Positions 1-6,326 of a DNA stretch of 34,489 nucleotides are shown in pieces. The notes under the pieces are model-generated. The model did not search any database. It was not told the DNA's origin and saw nothing but the letters and a program-made list of their open reading frames with translations. The stretch lies in the IMG/VR virus record IMGVR_UViG_2541047695_000003; one strand, written 5' to 3'. Every line of letters starts with the position of its first letter. Within the stretch, counting starts at the first letter, position 1. This DNA is from a virus (lineage: Duplodnaviria > Heunggongvirae > Uroviricota > Caudoviricetes). Made by a program: the position numbers and the translations under genes.

Positions 1-100
1 AAATTAGATACTAAATATATACGTGAAGGATGTTGAGCTGGTCAACGTCTACGGGGGAGAACATCCCCCGCTAACCTTTTTCTTATTTGAGGATTTACCT

Positions 101-202
101 ATGGTTGAATTTTTGATTTATCTGGCTGTAGGATTAACTATCGTATATTCACTGGCACATATTGGCATTTCTACTTTGTGTAACGCTTTCAAGTATCATT
201 AA
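101..202 (+). CDS. Small hydrophobic peptide (33 aa, MVEFLIYLAVGLTIVYSLAHIGISTLCNAFKYH), hypothetical
   Basis: ATG at 101 preceded by GAGGA Shine-Dalgarno (91-95); uninterrupted to TAA at 200-202; predicted single TM helix. Below the 60-aa cutoff of the ORF track. Confidence 0.25.
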   Translation: MVEFLIYLAVGLTIVYSLAHIGISTLCNAFKYH

Positions 203-255
203 TTAAATCGATGAATTGAACTATAGATGATGGTCGTTTTCAAAGAGGATTATCT

Positions 256-429
256 ATGGATCTTTTTGTCTACTTTGCTACTCTGCTGTTTTTGACTATC
301 GTCGCTGGCATTAAATTGATTTTTATATCGCTGGTGGTATTTTTCAAATTTCTAATCGGTACGCCTTACGGCTGGGTATGTTTAATCCTGTTTATTCTTT
401 TTAGTTGCTGTAAATCAGACACTAAATAA
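256..429 (+). CDS. Small membrane protein (57 aa, two hydrophobic segments), hypothetical
   Basis: ATG at 256 preceded by AGAGGA SD; ORF runs to TAA 427-429; strongly hydrophobic product MDLFVYFATLLFLTIVAGIKLIFISLVVFF...; followed by two + strand terminators. Confidence 0.3.
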   Translation: MDLFVYFATLLFLTIVAGIKLIFISLVVFFKFLIGTPYGWVCLILFILFSCCKSDTK

Positions 430-588
430 TATTGTAATCTGCCTTTTCTCCTTATGTGGTTTTAACAGGGAATTTTCGAAAGAGAGTTCCCGATTAAAAG
501 CCATTAAAACACACTCCAGTACAGTGTTTTCATAGTCAGTGATCTATACAACACAAAAACATAACAAGTATAGATTGAGTATTAATCC

Positions 589-616
589 TCCCGCCCCGAA
601 GGGGGCGGTTATTTTT
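589..616 (+). terminator. Rho-independent terminator (hairpin CCGCCCC-GAAG-GGGGCGG plus T-run)
   Basis: 7-bp GC stem 591-597/602-608 followed by TTATTTTT. Confidence 0.55.
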
Positions 617-693
617 CTGGCTTTAAAGAATAATGTAGCATTATGTTCATTATAACCTCATCTTTGTTGTGCAAACCTAACCTAAACTTACTA

Positions 694-717
694 GGGACTC
701 TTCGGAGTCCCTTTTTT
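694..717 (+). terminator. Rho-independent terminator (GGGACTC-TTCG-GAGTCCC plus TTTTTT), possibly bidirectional
   Basis: Perfect 7-bp stem with UUCG loop and T6 on + strand; A-rich on the other side; overlaps the stop codon of the minus-strand gene 716-1660. Confidence 0.5.
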
Positions 718-1660
718 ATTGGCAGTAAGAAAAGTTAGTACCGTACATTTCATCATGAAGCATTGCAACATTGCGTTTCTGTTCTTCTTCCTCGTCTACC
801 GCATCACTAGAAAAATGAGATTTGCCCTTAAAAGAACGAAGCAATTGCAGTGCAGCCATCGGATCACGCATCACATCGATTTTCACTTCTACTTCATCAT
901 TTGCGGCCTCATCAGCCGCATTTTCAACTACTGCCACCGGAGCAACTTCTTTAGCTTTCAGTTCTTCAATCTCAGCTTTCTGTGCTTCGATGATCTGGTC
1001 TTTTTCTTTCAGTGCAGCTTTCAGTTCTGCGATCTGTGCTTCCAGTGCAGAGAAACGATCTTCAACAGCAACCGGAGAAACAGCATTAACCTGTGCTTCC
1101 AGTTCTACGAAAGCGTCGCAAGATTCAATACGTGCTTTTTCTTCACCTTCATATGCAACCAGTTCTACTACTTCTTTCTCAGTAGCGTGGCTGTTAAAGA
1201 ATACAGCAAAGTAAGGATTGCCGGATTTGGTGAAGTTCAGTTTAGCTTTTCCGGTAACTTCTTTACGACGACCAAAGGTAATGTTGCAATCAGCGGTATC
1301 CTGAAAATCCATGTTAGGAGCGGAAACGATAGCAGTATCACCAGCAATCACTAGGTGGAACAGTTCAGAAGAGTTCTTAACGGTGAAAGTAACGATGTGG
1401 TCTACTGCAACGTCTTTAGCAGGTTTAACGCGGTCGATTGCTTTACGAATGCCGTTAGGCAGTTTACCGTCAACACCAAAGCCAGCCGCGATCAGTGCTT
1501 CACGATGTGCTTTAAAGCCAGCGAAAGCGGATTTCTGCTGCGCAAAGGAAACATGAGCAACAACTTTCGGCTGAATCTTCTTGTTTGCTTCGGTGCCAAA
1601 TTTGATAACTGCTTTAGCGTTGGTTACTTCGTTAGTGAAAAAGTTAGCGGAAAATAACAT
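716..1660 (-). CDS. Hypothetical early protein (314 aa): globular N-terminal region, central coiled-coil, acidic C-terminal tail
   Basis: Long ORF with diverse composition; AGGAG SD 9 nt upstream of ATG (1660); the + strand overlapping ORFs are low-complexity Phe/Ser-rich artefacts. Function not recognised. Confidence 0.75.
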   Translation of the reverse strand: MLFSANFFTNEVTNAKAVIKFGTEANKKIQPKVVAHVSFAQQKSAFAGFKAHREALIAAGFGVDGKLPNGIRKAIDRVKPAKDVAVDHIVTFTVKNSSELFHLVIAGDTAIVSAPNMDFQDTADCNITFGRRKEVTGKAKLNFTKSGNPYFAVFFNSHATEKEVVELVAYEGEEKARIESCDAFVELEAQVNAVSPVAVEDRFSALEAQIAELKAALKEKDQIIEAQKAEIEELKAKEVAPVAVVENAADEAANDEVEVKIDVMRDPMAALQLLRSFKGKSHFSSDAVDEEEEQKRNVAMLHDEMYGTNFSYCQ

Positions 1661-1704
1661 TATAAATACTCCTGTGGAAAGTTAGTTTTAATTGTTCATT
1701 TCAA

Positions 1705-1742
1705 GCCTCCTTTGCTGCAACAAGGGAGGCTTTTTCTTTTTT
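1705..1742 (+). terminator. Hairpin plus T-run (GCCTCCTTTG...CAAGGGAGGC TTTTTCTTTTTT) between two minus-strand genes
   Basis: 10-bp stem (1 mismatch) followed by T-run on the + strand; on the minus-strand RNA the same hairpin lies in the intergenic leader of gene 716-1660 and contains an AGGAGG sequence. Confidence 0.4.
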
Positions 1743-1774
1743 AAAGCCATCATATAATTCTCAGTGAAAGTGGA

Positions 1775-1954
1775 TTAACAAACTTGAACGTTAATCTTTA
1801 CCTGAATTTCGTATTTCTTCATTAGCTTGTAGAATCCGCTTCTATCAATTCCTTCCTTCTTAAAGAAGTTTTCCCCGCCTCGCTCAGTGTCGCTGTAAAA
1901 GCGTTTAGCAATATCAACAATCATTTCACGAGTGAACTTAACAGGTCTAGCCAT
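1775..1954 (-). CDS. Small HTH DNA-binding protein (59 aa, MARPVKFTREMIVDIAKRFY...GIDRSGFYKLMKKYEI), paralog family A
   Basis: ATG at 1954 (minus) with GAGGA SD 8 nt upstream (the track ORF starts at an upstream TTG, 1969). Shares the RPxxF...DIA...GI...FYKxMKK motif with 5372-5599 and the C-terminus of 5634-6239. Confidence 0.6.
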   Translation of the reverse strand: MARPVKFTREMIVDIAKRFYSDTERGGENFFKKEGIDRSGFYKLMKKYEIQVKINVQVC

Positions 1955-2053
1955 AAGTAGATTCCTCAAATGTGGATTAATAAGGACAATAAAAAGAGCT
2001 TTTCGCCCTCGATACTTCTATTTATAAAAGTCATTTCAGAAAACCCTGCAAAA

Positions 2054-2075
2054 CCACTGTGTATCTGATCAGTGG
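2054..2075. repeat. Inverted-repeat site CCACTG-N10-CAGTGG (operator-like)
   Basis: Perfect 6-bp arms; a near-identical copy lies at 2139-2160; adjacent to a candidate leftward promoter (-35 TTGCAG 2050-2045). Confidence 0.4.
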
Positions 2076-2138
2076 GAGCACGAATTGCTAAAGAGAAGAT
2101 TAATTATTAATCAATTCGTACAATATTCAACCGAAAAA

Positions 2139-2177
2139 GCACTGTATATCTAACCAGTGCTGTATGAATTAGCAGTG
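2139..2177. repeat. Inverted-repeat site GCACTG-N10-CAGTGC followed by a third CAGTG half-site
   Basis: GCACTGTATATCTAACCAGTGC (2139-2160), then CAGTG again at 2173-2177; direct repeat of the 2054-2075 element (CACTGT-TATCT-A-CAGTG core). Confidence 0.4.
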
Positions 2178-2296
2178 AATCAGGAGATTTTCAGAAGTGA
2201 ACAATCATTTCACACATGTATTTATAACGTGGAAATTCTTGCTTATCATCTATATGGGGACTGTTTAGAAAATTTCAACCCCCACCAGTGAGAAAA

Positions 2297-2325
2297 AGTA
2301 TAAAATAATCCTTGACAGTTGTCAA
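2297..2325 (-). promoter_or_regulatory. Candidate sigma70-type promoter reading leftward (-35 TTGACA, 17-bp spacer, -10 TATACT), overlapping palindrome TTGACAGTTGTCAA
   Basis: Minus-strand TTGACA at 2325-2320 and TATACT at 2302-2297 with exact 17-nt spacing; the perfect 14-bp palindrome 2312-2325 could also be an operator. Confidence 0.4.
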
Positions 2326-2519
2326 TGCACTTGACCTAAGCGAGAAATGACTATCAAAATTTTTGTTTGAAAATGGTAGATCAGGATTATCAACCTTTAT
2401 AACCTATTATAGCGCGGAGACCTTTTGACAATTCTTTTTAAATCATTAACTTACGCCACTTTTTGGTGATTTTTTGATTAAATAATATACAAGAATTTTC
2501 TATCAAAATATTTGATGGG

Positions 2520-2770
2520 AATTGCCCCTGAAATTCTGAATTTTTGCCCCCGAATAAAATCCCCAAGATTCTACTATCCCATTTTTGCCCCTGAAACCTA
2601 CTATTTTTGCCCCTGAAATTCTGGGAAACAGTGATTTTGCCCCTCATTTTTGCCCCTGAAATGCCAATAATTGCCCCTGAAAATCTAATTTTTGCCCCTC
2701 ATTTTTGCCCCTGAAAAGGATTGGTGAGAAAAACCCTTTATAAAACATTAACTTAGCGAGGGGCAAAAGC
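2520..2770. repeat. Iteron-like array: ~9 direct copies of (T)TTTTGCCCCTGAAA (core GCCCCTGAAA / GCCCCTCA) plus one inverted copy (GAGGGGCAAAA)
   Basis: Cores at 2524, 2555 (variant GCCCCCGAAT), 2587, 2609, 2639 (GCCCCTCA), 2652, 2673, 2694 (GCCCCTCA), 2707; inverted copy 2759-2769; irregular spacing of roughly 13-32 bp; no spacer regularity, no coding potential. Confidence 0.75.
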
Positions 2771-2859
2771 GGGGGATCGGGCGTGCATAGATATTATATA
2801 ACACATTCGCTACGCTCATGTGTAAAACTAAAAACAACAAATAACCAAAAAGATAATTA

Positions 2860-2878
2860 GGAGGGCGTAGCCCGACTG
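2860..2878. repeat. Direct repeat copy 1: GGAGGGCGTAGCCCGACTG (contains GGGC-N3-GCCC mini-hairpin)
   Basis: 16/19 identical to copy at 3291-3309; the two copies bracket ~430 bp of repeat-rich non-coding DNA. Confidence 0.5.
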
Positions 2879-3055
2879 CGCGAAGCGCTAACCAATTACT
2901 TCTAGTAACAACTAATTTAAACTAGATGATACTAGATGGTCTTAGAAGGAATTAACTAGTTTGCTCGCTCGCTTCGCTCACTCTCAAACGTCTGCGACGC
3001 CACTGCGTGGCATCGAGAATCACTTCTGAAAGGATTTTCTCGAAAGGGATTTAAT

Positions 3056-3142
3056 ACTAGTTACTAACTGATTCTAGAAAGATAGTAATAATCACTTTGA
3101 AGATAATAGTAGTTAACTGGTTACTAGATGATTCTAGATCAC
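3056..3142. repeat. Tandem imperfect repeats of a TTACTA(A/G)(C/A)TGATTCTAGA-containing unit (about 60-bp period); related ACTAGATGATACTAGATGG at 2921-2940
   Basis: TTACTAACTGATTCTAGAAA (3061-3080) vs TTACTAGATGATTCTAGATC (3121-3140), 17/20 identical; each followed by CACTTT(G/A)A. Confidence 0.45.
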
Positions 3143-3167
3143 TTTAATGATCATGAAAGGTATTGGT

Positions 3168-3196
3168 ATCCCTTCGGGATTGCAACCTTCGGTTGC
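3168..3196 (+). other. Two adjacent GC-stem hairpins with TTC(G) loops (ATCCC-TTC-GGGAT; GCAACC-TTC-GGTTGC), no T-run
   Basis: Back-to-back stable stem-loops seen directly in the sequence; not followed by a U-run, so not a canonical terminator. Confidence 0.3.
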
Positions 3197-3290
3197 TAAA
3201 TTGCTTCCTGATTATTATTTCTCCAAAAGAAAGATTATTATATTCTAAAGATACTTCTTCGTTTTGATCATAATTTAATCAAATCATGAA

Positions 3291-3309
3291 GGAGGGCTTT
3301 GCCCGACTG
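3291..3309. repeat. Direct repeat copy 2: GGAGGGCTTTGCCCGACTG
   Basis: See copy 1 at 2860-2878. Confidence 0.5.
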
Positions 3310-3398
3310 AATACAATCACCTTTCATAATAACAAGAATTTTCTCTTTATAAATAATAGTGAACTTACTTGATTCACTTTCTTTTAGAGGATACCACT

Positions 3399-3848
3399 AT
3401 GATCAATACTAAAACTCCTTTCGTACTTCTGGGTCTGGACTCTGAAAACTATGGTAACTTCCATATGCTAGAAGTTTTCGCTCATCGTGGTTATAACATC
3501 ATTCGTCATTCCGAAGACTCCAACTACTCAACTGCTTTCTACGCTTTAAAACGAAATGGTCGTCCTACTGTGATCATCGACTGTTTTACTGATGAGGGTC
3601 GTCTTCAATACAACGATATTCCAGCAATTATTGTTCGTGATGATCTGCCGTTTCAAGTCCGTTCCGGTGACATTGACCTGGGTAGCTTCTTGACTCTTCG
3701 TGAACTGGATGAAGCAATGTTTAATTACGGTAAAGAAACCGCTCAGGAAGCCCCAGAACAAGATGAGGAAGACGAAGACTACGCACCAATCGCTTTCTCT
3801 TCTCACGGTGGCTTCTACGGTTACGACGAAGGCTTAGATATGCTGTAA
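3399..3848 (+). CDS. Hypothetical early protein (149 aa) with strongly acidic C-terminal tail
   Basis: ATG at 3399 (MINTKTPFVLLG...) with GAGGA SD; the track ORF starts 10 codons earlier without an RBS. C-terminus EAPEQDEEDEDYAPIAF... is acidic. Confidence 0.7.
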   Translation: MINTKTPFVLLGLDSENYGNFHMLEVFAHRGYNIIRHSEDSNYSTAFYALKRNGRPTVIIDCFTDEGRLQYNDIPAIIVRDDLPFQVRSGDIDLGSFLTLRELDEAMFNYGKETAQEAPEQDEEDEDYAPIAFSSHGGFYGYDEGLDML

Positions 3849-3883
3849 GTTAGGTCAACCCTTTGGCATCTTGTCAAGGGGTA

Positions 3884-3912
3884 TTGACAAAAATTTCTGA
3901 CTTTTTTATGAT
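3884..3912 (+). promoter_or_regulatory. Candidate sigma70 promoter (-35 TTGACA 3884-3889, 17-bp spacer, -10 TATGAT 3907-3912); -35 embedded in inverted repeat TTGTCAAGGGGTATTGACAA (3871-3890)
   Basis: Consensus -35 and near-consensus -10 with 17-nt spacing about 55 nt upstream of the 3969 start codon; a second TTGACA lies at 3921-3926. Confidence 0.5.
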
Positions 3913-3968
3913 TATCGAACTTGACAACTTTGAACCTATTTGACCTAGATTTGTAAAGAGGATGTAAC

Positions 3969-4301
3969 ATGAAAGAATTTACCATCACTAAATCCCTGTA
4001 TGACTGGACTGTTAAAATCTCCGGCAAAACCGTTTCTGTAACCCCTAGCCATGTAGAAAATGATTGGGGCGTATCCCGTGAAACTATCTCCCGTAGTATG
4101 CATGTTCCGTTTGATCTGATGACCTTAACTGGTATTCATGCAATGCTGGAAGTTCGCGAGCAATTCGAAGCTGGTAATCACAATGCAACTCCAGTTAGCA
4201 ATCACCTTCTTACTAATGAAGAACGTGAAATCATCGAAAACTGGCGTTATGAATATGCGATTCCTTATTATGAAGAAGACCAAGTAGAAATCGATTGGTG
4301 A
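3969..4301 (+). CDS. Hypothetical protein (110 aa)
   Basis: ATG with AGAGGA SD 7 nt upstream; promoter candidate immediately upstream; no recognisable motif. Confidence 0.75.
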   Translation: MKEFTITKSLYDWTVKISGKTVSVTPSHVENDWGVSRETISRSMHVPFDLMTLTGIHAMLEVREQFEAGNHNATPVSNHLLTNEEREIIENWRYEYAIPYYEEDQVEIDW

Positions 4302-4389
4302 TAAATTTCTATTATAAATAAAATTGTTCCGGTTGAGATGCCGGAACTAGGAGGATCAATCACTAAACCGTTTAAGGGGAATTAATACT

Positions 4390-5196
4390 ATGAATACTGT
4401 TACCGTTATGAATACTGCTAAAACTGCTTCCGTGTCTCTGGTTGTTGATAACACCAAACCGCTGACCATGTCTTCCCGTCAGATCGCTGAATTTACCGGA
4501 AAGAAACACTTTCACGTAAAACGCGACATTCGCGAAATGCTGATTACCTTAGAATTAGATGAATCCAAATTTGGATGCATCTTTTTTGACCAATATGGAC
4601 GCGAGCAAACAGAATATCACTTGAATGAAGAACTGACTCTGACTCTTGTCACTGGTTACAATATCCAGATGCGAAACGCGGTTATTCAGGAATGGAAGCG
4701 ACTGAAAGAAGAAAATGAAAAACTTCGCTCTACTCCGGTTAACCCGTATGCAGACTTTGAAGAAACAGACTGGATCGAACTGGCATTAAAGAAAACTCGC
4801 GAAAATAAAAAGCTGATTGAACTTCATGTTCGCAAATCCGTAGATAGCCATTCAATGACGCGTCTGTTAGGCGCTAAAAAGGGCGCTACGAAGGTTAAAG
4901 AAGCACTGACGGCCTTACGTACTGCTGGATACATCGAGCGCGTCTATGATGAAAATAACAAGCCGTGTGGGTATGTTGCTAATGATTCTTCTCTCTCTTT
5001 CTGCCGCATGAATGCTCACTACCAACTTGAGTTTACTGTTGATGTGCTTCCGGTGCTGGTTGAATTGGGTGTTTTGGAAGAAGAACAAAAAGCAACTCTG
5101 AATCTTCCTAAGCCGAACAACACTATTCTGATTCAAAATAAAGCGGCTGAACGTCTCCGTCAGAATGTTGGATCACTGGAAGTCTTCGGACTGTAA
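4390..5196 (+). CDS. Rha-family phage regulatory protein / antirepressor-like (268 aa)
   Basis: N-terminal SRQIAEFTGKKHFHVKRDIREML matches the conserved Rha-domain signature (HxxVxRDI) as I recall it; AAGGGG SD; followed by a strong terminator. Confidence 0.75.
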   Translation: MNTVTVMNTAKTASVSLVVDNTKPLTMSSRQIAEFTGKKHFHVKRDIREMLITLELDESKFGCIFFDQYGREQTEYHLNEELTLTLVTGYNIQMRNAVIQEWKRLKEENEKLRSTPVNPYADFEETDWIELALKKTRENKKLIELHVRKSVDSHSMTRLLGAKKGATKVKEALTALRTAGYIERVYDENNKPCGYVANDSSLSFCRMNAHYQLEFTVDVLPVLVELGVLEEEQKATLNLPKPNNTILIQNKAAERLRQNVGSLEVFGL

Positions 5197-5202
5197 TTAA
5201 TC

Positions 5203-5236
5203 GCCCGGCGCATAATTGCGCTGGGCTTTTTGTTTT
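5203..5236 (+). terminator. Rho-independent terminator (GCCCGGCGC-ATAATT-GCGCTGGGC plus TTTTTGTTTTT)
   Basis: 9-bp stem with one G-U pair followed by a T-run directly after the 4390-5196 stop. Confidence 0.7.
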
Positions 5237-5330
5237 TATAGATAACAGCATTTTTGCTGGCATCTATAGATCAGTCCAGATTTGGACTCAACTTAGAAAT
5301 GAGCGCAGTTTTGCGCCGATTGTTTTACAT

Positions 5331-5356
5331 ACAAAAAAGCCACTCCGAAGAGTGGC
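5331..5356 (-). terminator. Rho-independent terminator for the leftward operon (GCCACTC-TTCG-GAGTGGC plus U-run on minus strand)
   Basis: Perfect 7-bp stem 5339-5345/5350-5356; A6 on + strand (5333-5338) gives a U-run after the hairpin on the minus transcript; 15 nt beyond the stop of 5372-5599. Confidence 0.6.
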
Positions 5357-5371
5357 AAAGAGAATCAAAAC

Positions 5372-5599
5372 TCAAAAACCTGTTGCTTCTACGATCTGAC
5401 CATCACCGATCTGAACATAGAATTTAATGTCTAACTTCTTCATATTCTTATAGAATTGGGCAATTGAAATCCCATGTTCACTAAGAATCTGTTCTTTCGC
5501 TTCCTTACCACGATCCGCTGTATAATAAGCGTAGGCAATATCAGCCATTTGTTCAGCGTTAAAACGGGCAGGACGACCGCGAGTAGCTTTAGTAGTCAT
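5372..5599 (-). CDS. Small HTH DNA-binding protein (75 aa, MTTKATRGRPARFNAEQMADIAYAY...GISIAQFYKNMKKL), paralog family A; resembles terminase-small-subunit / AlpA-type N-terminal HTH
   Basis: Second in-frame ATG (5599) has GGAGAA SD at 6-nt spacing; the first ATG (5605) abuts the SD. GRP-x-RF...DIA...GIS..FYK.MKK motif shared with 1775-1954. Confidence 0.6.
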   Translation of the reverse strand: MTTKATRGRPARFNAEQMADIAYAYYTADRGKEAKEQILSEHGISIAQFYKNMKKLDIKFYVQIGDGQIVEATGF

Positions 5600-5633
5600 A
5601 GTCATTTCTCCAAATTAAAGTGAATGTTCACTT

Positions 5634-6239
5634 TTATTTAGAGGACTTACATTTTATCGGAAAAAGTTCTCCATCGTCAATACTCATAAAGAACTCTGCC
5701 TTAATCCCGTACTTCTTCAACCGTGAATAGTATGTACCCCGACTTATATCAACCTTGCGCAGCACTTCAAAGAACCCTTTAGGATCGTTGTAATAGTGGC
5801 TGTATCGCACGTTAGCGAGTTCTACAAACAATTCCCTTGTATCACCATAGCCTTTCTTGAAAGCCTCGTTACGATAGCGTGTAATAGCGTGATTCAATCT
5901 CTTCTGTTTCAACACTTCTCGGATCGGCTTCCACTGCAACCTATAGATAGGACCGTCATCAATGCGATAATAACGCTTGATATCAAAATCAAACCAATCT
6001 CGGACTCGCTGAAACTCTGTCTGTGAGGTGCGATACTTCTTAAAGAAGTTATGAATATCGGTATACCCATGATCACGATACAACTCGATTAAAATCTGTT
6101 TAGCTTCCTCACGACTAAAGCCAGATGTTGTGTAATCAGTCTTCTTGTGATGGTGCTTAACTGGCAAACGATATTCATGATCGGTACAACAAGAAAAGGC
6201 TAATTCTACTTCATCTCTTTGTTGCTGATTAATTAGCAT
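5634..6239 (-). CDS. Hypothetical protein (201 aa) with C-terminal HTH-like segment ([16 protein letters not shown]) related to paralog family A
   Basis: AGGGGG SD 5 nt upstream of ATG 6239; divergent from the terminase gene; function unknown. Confidence 0.7.
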   Translation of the reverse strand: MLINQQQRDEVELAFSCCTDHEYRLPVKHHHKKTDYTTSGFSREEAKQILIELYRDHGYTDIHNFFKKYRTSQTEFQRVRDWFDFDIKRYYRIDDGPIYRLQWKPIREVLKQKRLNHAITRYRNEAFKKGYGDTRELFVELANVRYSHYYNDPKGFFEVLRKVDISRGTYYSRLKKYGIKAEFFMSIDDGELFPIKCKSSK

Positions 6240-6326
6240 ACAACCCCCTTAAATATTAATACCCGTATTTATCAAAATATCAACAATTTAATAAATACCT
6301 TCATATTTCGTAATGAGGGTAATTAC

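Noticed and set aside
53-80. Hairpin GGGGGA-GAACA-TCCCCC near the left edge as a terminator
   Set aside because: Not followed by a contiguous U-run (GCTAACCTTTTT), and the upstream context lies outside the window; too uncertain to list as a feature.
719-1657. Plus-strand track ORFs 719-1354, 822-1214, 1311-1556, 1355-1657 overlapping the minus-strand gene 716-1660
   Set aside because: Low-complexity Phe/Ser/Cys-rich translations typical of antisense frames; the minus-strand ORF has a good RBS and protein-like composition.
1965-1985. DnaA-box-like sequence TGTGGATTAA (also GTGGATTAACA at 1771-1781)
   Set aside because: Only 8/9 match to the TTATCCACA consensus, occurring as isolated copies that overlap a start-codon leader and a stop codon; insufficient to call an oriC-type origin.
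2438-2647. Track ORF (69 aa, minus strand) spanning the TTTTTGCCCCTGAAA repeats
   Set aside because: Its repetitive peptide (GKNSEFQGQ...) is simply the translation of the DNA repeat array; no RBS; the region is better explained as a non-coding binding-site array.
2520-2770. Possible CRISPR array
   Set aside because: Repeat unit is only ~12-15 bp, spacing is irregular (13-32 bp) with T-tract spacers, one copy is inverted, and there are no cas genes; inconsistent with CRISPR architecture.
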